Below the pieces are notes generated by a model. The model ran no database searches, was not told where the DNA came from, and saw nothing but the letters and a program-made list of their open reading frames with translations. A stretch of 63,528 nt of DNA, the filler included, from Octopus bimaculoides (lineage: Eukaryota): the NCBI RefSeq assembly GCF_001194135.2. It is 7 parts of 6 records of this genome, joined end to end, with 100 filler letters (N's around TTAATTAATTAA, not from the genome) between each part and the next. Parts side by side here need not be neighbours in the genome. Positions count along the whole stretch, not along the records: positions 1 to 7,666 come from NC_068994.1; positions 7,767 to 19,064 come from NC_068983.1; 5 more parts are not named here. One strand, given 5' to 3'. The translations under genes and the position numbers were made by a program. The first letter of the stretch is position 1, and each line of letters opens with the position of its first letter. Positions 1-13,261 of this stretch are shown one piece after another.

Positions 1-1329
1 GTTGTTTTCACTGTCCAATTTTTCCTGTCTTGGTTTGTGTTTGCCACCTTGGAATCCTCTGTGTAGTGGGTTGATCCACTACTCAGGAAGAGACTATTCT
101 AGAGTACGTTCTGTCTTATCTTCGAAACGTCAGGTTAGAATAGAGACAGCTGATGAAGGAATATTCCAAGTGGCTTTCCGTTTTCCTCTGTGTTCGTTCC
201 GTTGTCTGTAGTTCATTGTTCTAACGTCCTGTACCCTGATATGCATATATATACACATGTAGATGTAAGTATGTACATATATGTGTGTATACATGTATAT
301 ATATTCTTTGTATTATATATATATATATATATGTTTACATAGTTATTGATATATATAAATATGTATATGTGTATGTATATATGTATGTATTTTTTATGTA
401 TACTCACATACACAAACACACGCACATACACAATACACATGCACACACATTCTCTCTCTCTCTTGCGTGCGCACACACACACACACACATACACATGCTC
501 TCTCTCTCATACACATACACAAACACACCCACCCATATGTGTGTATTTGATTTTATGTGTATATCATGTATTATCACATCAAACATTCAATATACACTGG
601 CAAGGAAGTGTGGAGTGTCTGACATATGTTTATTTGTGTTTAAATAACTGCAAAATTAGATCCATTGCATGGATTTGTGCCAGTATCCTGGAGGATACTT
701 TTCTAGGTGGAGATTAGCAACTCTCAGTGGCTGACATTGTCTTTTTTTTCCCCAACTCAGCCATTATCAAGCAGACTTATCATCAGATTCATTCCAGTGT
801 GACCATCCCTTCTTATTTCAGATATACTGTTTCAAGACCTATATCCATTATTTTATCTCTTCTCTTATCTTTTTACTTGTTTCTTCAGTCTTTGTACTGC
901 AGCCATGCTGGAGCACTACCTCGAAGGGTGTGGTCAAGCAAATTTACCTCAGTACTTATTTTTTTAAAAACCTGTTACTTATTTTATCGGTCTCCTTTTG
1001 CTGAACCATTTGGTTGGGGGGATCTAAACAAACCAACACCTGTTGTTAAGTGGTGGTTGTGGGTCAAACAGAAGGATATATATGTATGTATGTATGGATG
1101 GATGCATGCATGTATGCATGAATGTACGATGGGCTCCTTTAAGTTTCTGTCTACCAAATCCACTTGCAAGGCTGTAGTAGAAGACACTTGCCCAAGGTGT
1201 GACAAAGTGGAACAGAACCCAGAACCATGTTGTTGGGAAGCAAGCTTCTTGCCACACAACTACACCTGCACCTGTGATGGGCTTCTTTCAGTTTCTATCT
1301 ACCAAACCCACTCACAAGGCGTTAATCAG

Positions 1330-1755
1330 TCAAGGGCTGTAGTGGACGACACATACGCAAGGTGTCTCAGGGTGGGACTGAACCCAGAACCACGTAGTTG
1401 GGAAGCAAGCTTCTTACCACAAAGCTACTTCTACATCTCTTTTTATGATAATATTCTTTATTGTTTTTCTTGTTTTAGTTTCTGGACTGTGGCCATGTTA
1501 GGGCAGTACATTGAAGGATTTAAACTGATGACATTGGCCCCTGTACTTATTTTTAAGCTTGGTATTTATCGTTTTGGCTCCTGTTTGCTGAACTGCTAAG
1601 TGATGGTGCATAAACACAGAATACTGCCTTTCAAGTGGTATGAACATACAGACAGACATGGAGACAGGTACTTATACATGCACACATGTGTGCATACTAT
1701 ATATGTATGTGCTTGCATATATATACATATATACATATGGATATATGTGTGTGCG

Positions 1756-1790
<35 letters not shown>

Positions 1791-2480
1791 GTATGTGTTT
1801 GTTTAATAATTTTATGCCCAATTTTCCATGCTTNNNNNNNNNNNNNNNNNNNNNNNNNNNNNNNNNNNNNNNNNNNNNNNNNNNNNNNNNNNNNNNNNNN
1901 NNNNNNNNNNNNNNNNNNNNNNNNNNNNNNNNNNNNNNNNNNNNNNNNNNNNNNNNNNNNNNNNNNNNNNNNNNNNNNNNNNNNNNNNNNNNNNNNNNNN
2001 NNNNNNNNNNNNNNNNNNNNNNNNNNNNNNNNNNNNNNNNNNNNNNNNNNNNNNNNNNNNNNNNATATATATATATATATACGCACACACATATATCCAT
2101 ATGTATATATGTATATATATGCAAGCACATACATATATAGTATGCACACATGTGTGCATGTATAAGTACCTGTCTCCATGTCTGTCTGTATGTTGATACC
2201 ACTTAAAAGGTAGTATTCTCTGTTTATGCACCATCACTTAGCAGTTCAGCAAGCAGATGCCAATACAATAAATACCAAGCTTAAAAATAAGTACAGGGGC
2301 CAATGTCATCAGTTTAAATCCTTCAGCGTACTGCCCTAACATGGCCACAGTCCAGTAACTAAAACAAGAAAAACAATAAAGAATATTGTCATAAAAAGAG
2401 GAGATGCAGAAGTAGCTTTGTGGTAAGAAGCTTGCTTCCCAACTACATGGGTCTGGGTCCAGTCCCACCCTGAGACACCT
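1330..2480. repeat. Inverted segmental duplication around an assembly gap
   Basis: About 1360-1790 is mirrored by 2064-2480, spanning two SINE remnants, their junction and unique flank, with scattered substitutions. Confidence 0.85.
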
Positions 2481-2596
2481 ACTTCTCTTGTAGTGGCCAA
2501 ACTATAAAGAAGACATCAGTATTGTTTTGATCTATCATGAAACCAAATTACATCTCATTTTGGTTAAACCTCTTTCTAATTAACTGGGCTATAGCT

Positions 2597-2872
2597 CTAA
2601 TTACTTCTGTAATTACTTCTTTCTAAGGTATCACCTTTACACTTGTAACAGTTGACTATGAGGATGCTTCTCCAGTCATTGGGTATGATGCCTTCTTGTA
2701 CAACTTGATTAACTATATGTGTAACTAGGCCATATCCTACACTGCCAGATATTTTAAGCATTTCAGAAGTAATTCCTGATGGACCAGGAGCTTTTCCAGT
2801 CTTCATTTTCTTAATTACTTTATCTATAACACTATTGTCAACACGAATGGCAGGATCCTCTGTCAGGTTCAC
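2597..2872 (-). mobile_element. LINE (RTE-like) reverse transcriptase N-terminal fragment
   Basis: MKTGKAPGPSGITSEMLK...IPNDW..LIV..YK.KGD.LE.SNYR, typical of RT domain 0/1. Confidence 0.88.
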
Positions 2873-2956
2873 ATTAGAAAGACTCTCTTTCTCCTATGCA
2901 TTCTCCACTTTTAATAACTTTTCATAATGGCACTTCTATACCTTCTTTACAGAATC

Positions 2957-2987
<31 letters not shown>

Positions 2988-5021
2988 TAATGGAGAAATT
3001 GTACAAAATGTATAAATAGATGGTGAGTAAAGCATTGGCACAGTTTCTATTACCTGTTGTTATCCGTAGATTTATTGCAAGGACTTTGTAGTGGCAGTTG
3101 GGGTAATAATAAGGATTATTACAAAGTGGCATAGCATTACCTTTAATTTCTTTTTATATATACAGCTTTACACAGACCTACATGATCCAACTGCATCGAT
3201 TAGTAACCATTGCAATTGCAACCCTACTAAAATACTGGTGCAGTTTCTTCAGTCTTCACTTTAATATCCTTTGATTTAACTATTTAAAGTTTTTCATTTA
3301 TCAACTCTGAGTTGTATGATGTAGAGTTGTTTGTGAATTTAGACGCAAACTATTTTCAATTCAAGTTTTCATTGGATAATCATTTATAACCCATTATTTC
3401 AAAACATTCTGTGGTTTAAATGTTTATTACTCACTTACACCGAGCAAAGGTGAATTTTCTCATGTGCAAGCATCTTAAAGTTTGTTCCTGTCTAGAACTG
3501 ATTATGTTACCCTTAGATGTAAAAATTTGGTAAAATTCTTCTAAACATAGGTCACATTTATTAGTTCAAGGTCTGTATGGTTTTGCAGTACAAATCAATT
3601 CCCAATTGATAGTATAGTCTTTGCATATATATATATGCAACAGGATTTAAAATTTTTTTTCAGTTTCTGTCCACCAAATCCACTCAAGACTTTTTGGGTG
3701 ACCTAGGGTTATAGTAGAAGATACTTGCCCAAGGTGCCATGCAGTGGAACCAAACAGGAAAATTCCTAGTTATGAAGCAAGCTTCTTAACCACAAACTCA
3801 TTCCTGTGCCTACAGTAGGGTGTTTTGAGTGAGATTTTGCTACAAAACCTTGTAAGTCAAGTTACTACCCTTATAAGCTCCTTTGTTGGTTCGTTGTTGT
3901 TTTTTTATTGAATCTAGGTCAACTAAGATAAACAGGTCTCTGATCAAAGGTATTCTAACCCCTGATAACCCTGTTTTTTTAGGGTATAACACATGATGTA
4001 TCATTTCTTTAAAATGATAAGGTGTAATTCGAGGGATGTTTGACTTCTCTGTCTAGCATGCCAAACAAGCATTTAGAAACTCCTTCATTAGTTTAGTGTT
4101 TGTTAGGATTGGCAATATTCAATTTGATACAGTTGTGAAATCATATATATTTGTGTGTGTTTATATAAATATATAATCCGCAGAAGATTATTTCTATCCA
4201 CTCATATACCTACATGAAATCTTGTTATGAATTCAAATACAGACTTCCTTTCCCTACCCTCCTCATACAAACATAATGCATGCACTTTTTTCTAGTTCCA
4301 TTTTTTTTAATGTTTACCTTGCATTACCAGAGCTCACTACATGTTTAACTACAAGTTATATATATCTTTTGGACTTCACAGACTATCTATTTTATATCTT
4401 TCAATTATATAAGACTTTCATCTATTTGAAACCTGATAACCATAATGTATGTTTAATATACATAAATCATATATTTTTTTTTTCTTTCCACTTATCTATC
4501 TCTTCTAGTTTTTCAGATAGCTTTAACCCTTTGGTGACTTTAATCTCATACAATTATCTTCTAAAATTACCTGAACTTAATCTGACATTTACTTTACTGT
4601 TTTAAATGTTTTTTTTTTTTTCTTTTTTATCATATGAGTAAGCCTTGGCTGGTTCTATAAACTGGTGTATTTGCATATGAATTATTAGAGTATTTACAGT
4701 TGGAAAATATACCTACTCATAGTTCTCATCTAAGAAGACAGAGCAGTGTCTATTTTTAACTAAGCAAGTTGAGGCAAGCAAAGAATACATTTCAAACTCA
4801 TGTGATAGCTTTTCTCTTTTATCTGTTACTTGTTTCAATCATTGAACTGCAGCCATGCTGAGGCACTGGCTTGAAGGGTTCTAGCTGAACAAATAAACCT
4901 CAGTACTTATTGTCTAAAAATGTGACATTCATTCTGTTGAAATATTTTGCTGAACCACTAAGTAAATAAACCAACACTAGTTGTCAAATGGTGGGGGCAC
5001 AGACAGACAGACAGACAGACA

Positions 5022-5058
<37 letters not shown>

Positions 5059-6945
5059 ACAGATACAACAGACTTATTTCGGTTTCCATCTATCAAATCC
5101 ACTCACAAAGCTTTGGTTGGTCTTAAAGTTGTAGTAGAAGACACTTGCCAAAGGTATCATGCAGTGGGACTGAACCCAAAACCATTTGGTTGGTAAGCAA
5201 ACGTCTTACTCCACAGCCCTGCCTGCACCTATAAGATCAAAAGGAAACAAACCCTGAGGATGATGCACCATCTTGATTTGATCTCAGAATGCCCTGCATT
5301 TTGTCCAACATTCTTAAAGATTTGGTCAAGTTAACATACCATGTTTTTTCTCACTAAATTATTCTCTTCCCTTCATCTCTTGAATGTCAACCCTCTTGAT
5401 TCAAAGGCAGTGAAATGACAAAATCATTTGAGTGTAGGACAAAATGTCTTGTATTTGTTCTGGCTCTCTGTGCTCTGAGTTCTAATATTGCCAAGGTCAA
5501 CTTTGCCTTTCATCTACTTCTTAAAATATTAGGGTGGTGGATTGGCAGAATTGTTAATGCATCAGATAAGTTGCCTTGTGTTATATGTTCTAGCTTTTAC
5601 TTTCTGAATTCTTGGGGTAGTAGACTTAATCCATCACTGGTTTAATATCATCATCAGGTTCTTGGGTACTTTTAGCAGAGTTCTCTTTGTTGCAAACATT
5701 CAGCTCAGGCCTCCAGCTTGAAGATAACCTTTTCTGTTTCTCCTATTATGTATTGTATAGATTGTTATTGTATAGTTTTCTATTGTTTATTTCACAGGAA
5801 CAGAAAGATTTTATTTGCAATAAAAATGCAAATCATCCTTTCTTTCTTAAATAGCTCCTCTTAATTTTTTCTTTCCCTAGAATTTCCACAGGTCCTGCTA
5901 CTAGATGATGATAGTACTAAGAGTTTTGAGAGAAAAAGGTCCTTTATAACTGTAGAATTTACCGGTTAAAAGGGGCTTCCATGTTGTAGACTAATCCTTT
6001 CCAGACTTTAAAATCTATAGAGCCAGCATTCAACTCCAGTTTCTGTAATATTAAGCAGATGAAGAACAAATCTGCCAGCCAATAAGATGTATTACTACTG
6101 GTATCTTTTCCTCTGGGTGGAATTAAACCAAGAACTGCCAGCTAAGGAAACACTGCTTCCACTACTTCAAATTAAATGATCTTGATCATTGTGATTTAAG
6201 TATCTTGGTGTTGTGGATGCAACATAGTAAATAGGACATGGATCTCAGGGTTGGGTACCTAGAACTCTGTCACTTTAGCCCTCAGTACATTCATTTCTGC
6301 TTTATTCTGACTACCATATGCTGTCAGCCATTTAGACCAGCCATATCCAGCCTAAATATTTTACCTGTCTATGTTCACTCTGACCAGATCAGGCCTACCT
6401 CTCACAATTACCCTGCAATATCATTCTAAAAATAAACATATCATCACATCATTGGAAACTCAAGGCTTAGAGATAATGTGTGATTAATTCAAAACAGTGT
6501 GAATAAAAAATAAGCATTACAATTGACAGAGTAATCTGAATGCTAAATGGTTAAATTAGTTTTCAATATATATTTTCATAAATTCTTAACAACTGAACTC
6601 CCTTAAATCACCTTCTTTTATATTTTTCTCAAGGAAGCAGGATTTTCAGAAACCTTGATCTATGATCCCAAGATTTGTTATATCTTTTTCATGAAAACAA
6701 ATTAACTTATATTTCATCCAATTGGTTTTTTTTCCTTTCAAAATTATAAACAAAAAGAACATCCAAAGAACCTTTCGTTCTTGTATTTGGTTTGCAAGAT
6801 TCTTGATATGAGCTTGTGTGTTGAAACATATTTTGTTGTATTTTGGGACAGTCATTACACCAATAACAAACACACACACATTGGTTCTATTTCACTTCTT
6901 TATGATTATTCACCTATTTGTTAGCACATTCAGTTAATCAATCAA

Positions 6946-7041
6946 TCAGTTATGTTTGCCAACAGACAGACCTGAAGCTGATCTAGCGTAAAGAGGGAAT
7001 TGTGAGTGGATTTGGTAGATGGAAACTGAAAGAAGCCCATC

Positions 7042-7073
<32 letters not shown>

Positions 7074-7641
7074 ATATACAAAACGTCAAAAGAGCTGCTC
7101 CATTTCTATTGCATTTTCCAATCCCATGTCGACCTAAAACAGGCCATGAAACATAGTCCCTTCCAACTCTTGCATTGAAATCTCCCAAAATGACCAGCTT
7201 GTCAGAAATTGGTACTTTCCTCAATAATCTTGCTAGATTGTCATAAAACTGTCCCACAGTTTCCTCAGAATGGGACATTGTTGGTGCATAAATACTGACA
7301 ACGGTAAGAAACCTACCTTTTGTCAGTTTGATACGGCATGACATGATCCGGTCAGATATACCACTTGGAAGCTCTGCAATGGAGGACACTAATGTATTCT
7401 TGAGAGCAAACCCAACACCAGATTCTCTACGCTGACAGTTAGGTAGGCCATTCCAGAAGATAGTATATCCATAAGCAGATTCCATTACTTGACCCTCACC
7501 AGAGAGACGAGTTTCAGAGAGAGCAACTATATCAAGGGAATATTTCTTTAGCTCACATGCAATAAGTGCAGTACGCCTTTCTGGCCTCTTCGTGAAATTA
7601 TCATCAAGAAGTGTGCGCACATTCCAACAGCCAAAATTCAA
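6946..7641 (-). mobile_element. RTE-clade LINE 5' fragment, apurinic-like endonuclease domain, truncated by a SINE
   Basis: Motifs CWNVRTL, DIVALSETR, GVGFAL, VVSIYAPT, LVILGDFNARVG and G.CN.NG..LL.FC. The frame runs into a microsatellite/SINE at about 7075. Confidence 0.93.
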
Positions 7642-7789
7642 ACGATGTTTATTTTTACTTTTTCTTNNNNNNNNNNNNNNNNNNNNNNNNNNNNNNNNNN
7701 NNNNNNNNNNTTAATTAATTAANNNNNNNNNNNNNNNNNNNNNNNNNNNNNNNNNNNNNNNNNNNNTGCTCCACACACACGCGCGCGTG

Positions 7790-8641
7790 CATATATCATA
7801 GATATACATATTGCTTCAAATGTTGGCACAAGACCAGCCATTTCGTGGGAGGGCATAAATCGACTACATCGACCCAAGCACTCAACTGGTACTTATTTTA
7901 TCCCTCAAAAGGATGAAAGGTCAAGTCTACTTTGGTGGAATTTGAACTCAGAACGTAAAGACAGACGAAATACCGCTAATCATTTCGCCCGATGTGCTAA
8001 CGTTTCTTATTTCGTTATTGCCCATAGCCGACCAATCGCAAATTCTGTTTCTCCGTTCTCCATCCTTCCAAACATTTTCTAATCATTACCGACAACTCTC
8101 GTCTCCGTGGCCCCTTTGTTCGACTGTTCGTCCTCTTCCACCGTCCTACATCACTTTCTGTGTCGTTTAGCTTGTTTTGTTTTGCTTGCTCTTGTCCCTA
8201 AGCATTTCACCAGGCGTGCTTCTTATTTCTTTATTGCACACAAGGGGTTAAACATAGAGGGGACAAACAAGGACAGACAAAGGGATTAAGTCGATTACAT
8301 CGACTTCAGTGCGTAACTGGTACTTTATTTATCAACCTCGAAAGGATGAAAGACAAAGTCGACTTCGGCGGAATTTGAACTTAAAACGTAAAGACAAACG
8401 AAATACCTATTTCTTTACTGCCCACAAGGGGCTACACACAGAGGGGACAAACAAGGACAGACAAACGGATTAAATCGATTATATCGACCCCAGTGCGTAA
8501 CTGGTACTTAATTTATCGACCCCGAAAGGATGAAAGGCAAAGTCGACCTCGGCGGAATTTGAACTCAGAACGTAACGGCAGACGAAATACCGCTAAGCAA
8601 TTCGCCCGACGTGCTAACGATTCTGCCAGCTCGCTGCCTTA
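7790..8641 (-). mobile_element. Cluster of three partial or complete SINE family B copies
   Basis: Recurring CGATTACATCGAC...AACTGGTACTT...AAAGGATGAAAG.CAAAGTCGAC motif at about 7860, 8290 and 8475. Confidence 0.88.
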
Positions 8642-8945
8642 TTTGAAAGAATCGCGGATCGTGTCGTTCGCNNNNNNNNNNNNNNNNNNNNNNNNNNNNN
8701 NNNNNNNNNNNNNNNNNNNNNNNNNNNNNNNNNNNNNNNNNNNNNNNNNNNNNNNNNNNNNNNNNNNNNNNNNNNNNNNNNNNNNNNNNNNNNNNNNNNN
8801 NNNNNNNNNNNNNNNNNNNNNNNNNNNNNNNNNNNNNNNNNNNNNNNNNNNNNNNNNNNNNNNNNNNNNNNNNNNNNNNNNNNNNNNNNNNNNNNNNNNN
8901 NNNNNNNNNNNNNNNNNNNNNNNNNNNNNNNNNNNNNNNNNNNNN

Positions 8946-9178
8946 CGAGCTAAGGCATGCGCCTTGAGGTTGAGACGCTTTTGGAAAACAACTCGGGTCC
9001 GGCTACGGTTCCGGCTTAGATGCGTTCAGCCGTTATCGCTCAGAGGCAGCCTGGCACCACCGCTCTATCGAGCGAGCGCGCAAACCGTTGCTCTGAACCC
9101 GCGGTTCCTCTCGTACTGGACGGGATAGCCGTAGCCGAGTTGACGTTGCCGGCGCAACCGCCTAAGGCCGCGGGGGCA
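8946..9178 (-). rRNA. Fragment of eukaryotic-type LSU (28S) rRNA 3' domain including the sarcin-ricin loop; dispersed copy, not an rDNA unit
   Basis: The reverse complement reads ...ATCCCGTCC-AGTACGAGAGGAACC-GCGGGTTCAGA...GGTGCCAGGCTGCC...GATAACGGCTGAACGCATCTAAGCCGGAACC. It matches the universal SRL (9104-9117) and the downstream CTGAACGC.TCTAAG motif of 28S. The GC-rich stub at 8642-8671 across the gap may be the same fragment. Confidence 0.85.
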
Positions 9179-10599
9179 AACGAAATACCGCTAAGCATTT
9201 CACCCGGCGTGCTTAACGTTTCTGCCAGCTCGCCACATTGAAAATATAAACTAATATCACTTTGGCATTACTTTCAGAGTAACCTTCGCGCGTTGAGCAG
9301 GTTGACTAAAAGACTAAAACTTCCCCATGTTTTCTCGTAATATATGTTTCAAATTCTGGTACAAGGTCAACCATTTGGAGAGAGGGAGTAAGTCGATTAC
9401 ATCGACCCCAGTACTCAACTGTTACTTATTTTATCGATACCGAAAAGATTAAAGGCAAAGTCGACCTTGGCGGAATTTGAATTCAGAACGTAATGGAGGA
9501 CAAAATGCCGCTGAGCATTTTGCCTGGCATGCAAACGATTCTACCAGCTCGTCGTCTGCGTTGGTTCGTAATACAGCCTTGCAATATGCCAAAAGGCCCT
9601 TCCAATGATAGGTAATCTATTTAATTTCACCCGAAAGGGTAATGGCTGAGGTTAACCCATGCGTGTAAATTTCGTTCTATAATACTCAGTGCTTGACTAT
9701 TATTTTATTTCATCGCGCCCAAAGTCAACTTTTAGGCGTATCGAACTCAAGACGCAAAATTTTGTACCGAAAAACCTGATGCTTGACTGTTTCTTTATTT
9801 CATCGAACACACAAGGATCGACGTTTAAGTGAACTACTTAGTGGGGCACGCAAGATTCGTAATTAATTATCGAATGGTATTTTACCGAAAACCTACCGAT
9901 TCTGCAAATCCACTTTAGTTAGTGTATTAATAGTGGTTGCTGTAGTCGCCTAACCCTAGCTCAACACCATCTAATCAGACTTTATACTAAAGGATGTTCC
10001 AGCAGTGATTACTCTCGAATGTAAACTCATGCATTTAAGATATCCCAATGTGATTTGAGGGTGATTTGACTGACATTCTAGAAACCATGTAACCGGGTTG
10101 AGGTTCTTTCGTGTAATTCCCGCTTGCTGCAGCAGCAGCAGCAGTGGTAGTAGTAGTAGTTGATATTGTGTTTGATTTTCGTTGCTGGTGTTTTGCCTGT
10201 TAAACCGCTTACTGTTTGTACTGTTGTCATCACAACTCCCGTTGCGGGCTGGTGGTGGTGGTGGTGGTTGTGGTAATGGTGGTGGTGGTGGTGGTGGTGG
10301 TNNNNNNNNNNNNNNNNNNNNNNNNNNNNNNNNNNNNNNNNNNNNNNNNNNNNNNNNNNNNNNNNNNNNNNNNNNNNNNNNNNNNNNNNNCGAATGTAAA
10401 CTCATGCATTTAAGATATCCCAATGTGATTTGAGGGTGATTTGACTGACATTCTAGAAACCATGTAACCGGGTTGAGGTTCTTTCGTGTAATTCCCGCTT
10501 GCTGCAGCAGCAGCAGCAGTGGTAGTAGTAGTAGTTGATATTGTGTTTGATTTTCGTTGCTGGTGTTTTGCCTGTTAAACCGCTTACTGTTTGTACTGT

Positions 10600-10870
10600 T
10601 GTCATCACAACTCCCGTTGCGGGCTGGTGGTGGTGGTGGTGGTTGTGGTAATGGTGGTGGTGGTGGTGGTGGTGGTGGTGGTGGTCATCGTCGTTGTCGT
10701 TATTGTCTTGCTGGTGGTGGTATCGGCGGCGGTTTTGCTGTCAATGTCGCGTCGAAGGTAATGAAGCCATTCGTGGATGACCATAAGGATGGGAAAATTA
10801 AAGGAGGCAACAATTGTACTTGTAAAATAAAAGTAATATGATAAATATAAGAAAAATAAACGAAGAAGTA

Positions 10871-10909
<39 letters not shown>

Positions 10910-10920
10910 CAGCAGCAGCA
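10600..10920 (+). repeat. (GGT)n and (AGT)n/(AGC)n trinucleotide tracts
   Basis: Directly visible. Confidence 0.9.
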
Positions 10921-11513
10921 CGAAGGATGCATGAATTGTTAATCTTGTTCTCATCATGTGAAATATGATCCCCTCGACAGGACACGTCAACAATGGCCAG
11001 AACAATACAGAGTTCGTTTGAATAGAGTCACGGCCATATTTTATTTGGAACGAGTTTGTTTCAGTGAATCGACTCCATCCAGCATAATGCATCTGGACGA
11101 CAGAGAGAGAGTGAAAGTCTGAGAGAGAGAGAGAGTGGGGAGGGACAGAAAGAGGGAGAGAGCGGGAGGCAGAGAGAAATGAGAGACACACAAACAGAAT
11201 AAGAGAATGAGTAAGAGGGATTATAGCTATTTCTGTTCGTTTTTATTTTTGATGATCAGTATTAGGTAAACATTGATTTACTCTTTTACTCTTTTACTTG
11301 TTTCAGTCATTTTACTGTGGCCATACTGGAGCACCGCCTTTAGTCGAGCAAATCGACCCCAGGACTTATTCTTTGTAAGCCTAGTACTTATTCTATCGGT
11401 CTGTTTTGCCGAACCGCTAAGTTACGGGGACGTAAACACACCAGCATCGGTTGTCAAGCGAAGCTGGGGGGGGGACAAACACAGAGACACACAAACATAC
11501 ACACGCACACACA

Positions 11514-11546
<33 letters not shown>

Positions 11547-12344
11547 CACACGCACACACACACACATATATACATATATNNNNNNNNNNNNNNNNNNNNN
11601 NNNNNNNNNNNNNNNNNNNNNNNNNNNNNNNNNNNNNNNNNNNNNNNNNNNNNNNNNNNNNNNNNNNNNNNNNNNNNNNNNNNNNNNNNNNNNNNNNNNN
11701 NNNNNNNNNNNNNNNNNNNNNNNNNNNNNNNNNNNNNNNNNNNNNNNNNNNNNNNNNNNNNNNNNNNNNNNNNNNNNNNNNNNNNNNNNNNNNNNNNNNN
11801 NNNNNNNNNNNNNNNNNNNNNNNNNNNNNNNNNNNNNNNNNNNNNNNNNNNNNNNNNNNNNNNNNNNNNNNNNNNNNNNNNNNNNNNNNNNNNNNNNNNN
11901 NNNNNNNNNNNNNNNNNNNNNNNNNNNNNNNNNNNNNNNNNNNNNNNNNNNNNNNNNNNNNNNNNNNNNNNNNNNNNNNNNNNNNNNNNNNNNNNNNNNN
12001 NNNNNNNNNNNNNNNNNNNNNNNNNNNNNNNNNNNNNNNNNNNNNNNNNNNNNNNNNNNNNNNNNNNNNNNNNNNNNNNNNNNNNNNNNNNNNNNNNNNN
12101 NNNNNNNNNNNNNNNNNNNNNNNNNNNNNNNNNNNNNNNNNNNNNNNNNNNNNNNNNNNNNNNNNNNNNNNNNNNNNNNNNNNNNNNNNNNNNNNNNNNN
12201 NNNNNNNNNNNNNNNNNNNNNNNNNNNNNNNNNNNNNNNNNNNNNNNNNNNNNNNNNGTTAACTTCGATAGGATTGGAACTCGCAACTTAAAGATTTCGA
12301 AGAAGTGCAGCTAGACATTTTGACTGAGGCGGTAACAATTCTTA

Positions 12345-12585
12345 TTTCTTTATTGCCCACAAGGGGCTAAACATAGAGGGGACAAATAAGGACAGACAAA
12401 TGGATTAATTAAGTCGATTACATCGACCCCAGTGCGTAACTGGTACTTAATTTATCGACCCCCGAAGGGATGAAAGGCAAAGTCGACCTCAGCGGAATTT
12501 GAACTACTCAGAACGTAACGGCAGTCGAAATACCGCTAAGCATTTCACCCGGCGTGCTAACGTTTCTGCCAGCTCGCCGCCTTCA
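12345..12585 (-). mobile_element. Full-length tRNA-derived SINE, family B
   Basis: On the - strand: AAGGCGGCGAGCTGGCAGAAACGTTAGCACGCC...GAGTTCAAATTCCGC.GAGGTCGACTTTGCCTTTCATCC...GGGGTCGATGTAATCGAC...TTGTGGGCAATAAAGAAATA. Confidence 0.9.
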
Positions 12586-13261
12586 ATTGAAATGTAATGG
12601 AGTTAGAATAAACGCTACTAAGCATTTTGTCCGATGTGCTAACAATTCTGCCAACTCTCTGCCTTAGAAAATGCAATAAACTAAGTTTCAAACTTTAGCA
12701 TAAAGCCAACACATTTAGGGGAAGGTGGTCAGTCGGTTACGTCAACCCAGTACTTGACTGGTACTTTATTTTATCGACTCCGAAAGAATAAAAGATAAAG
12801 GTGACCTCGGCAGAATTTGAACTTAACGTAATGAATCGGAAGAATCACTGCAAAGCACTTTTTCCTACCTGCTTTCGATCTTATCGACTCACCAGCTTCG
12901 GAAATGTAATAAAATTGGTTTCAAATTTTAGCACGAGGCCTTTGAAGTTCAGGGGAGGCGTAAATCGATTACATCGACCCTCAGTGATCGACTGGTACAT
13001 ATGTTTTCGACGCCGAAAGGATAAAAAGCGAAGTCGACCTCAGTGGAGTTTAGAAATCAGAACGCGAAGCCGGAAGAAATGCCGTTCAGCATTTTGTCCG
13101 GTGCGGTAATAATTTTGCCAGTTTAGCACCTTAAAAGAAAAATGCAATAAAATTAAACACTTAATGTATTCCATAAAAAAGGGGAAAAATTTATACAAAA
13201 TGAACGAGTAAGAATCTAGAACATTGGATTGGCGGAAACATACGAAGGTAGGATCGAATAC

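Noticed and set aside
213-717. ORFs rich in YI/CV/HT/MYVC here and throughout the window
   Set aside because: Translations of TA, CA and CATA microsatellites, or ORFs bridged by N gaps.
727-1599. 290-aa ORF
   Set aside because: Read-through of antisense SINE A copies; no protein motifs.
7711-7722. TTAATTAATTAA islands inside N runs (also 19109, 44798, 47205, 57999, 60602)
   Set aside because: An identical 12-mer always padded by Ns: an assembly gap marker, not biology.
8493-9241. GC-rich ORFs 8493-9128 and 9020-9241
   Set aside because: Composed of SINE, gap and antisense rRNA sequence.
10016-10680. Direct repeat of ~285 bp (10016-10301 and 10391-10680)
   Set aside because: Identical copies on either side of a short gap ending in (GGT)n: unmerged contig overlap.
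10605-10985. - strand ORF containing HEWLH (HExxH-like) and a Thr-rich tail
   Set aside because: The frame is built largely from trinucleotide repeats; there is no protease context around the motif.
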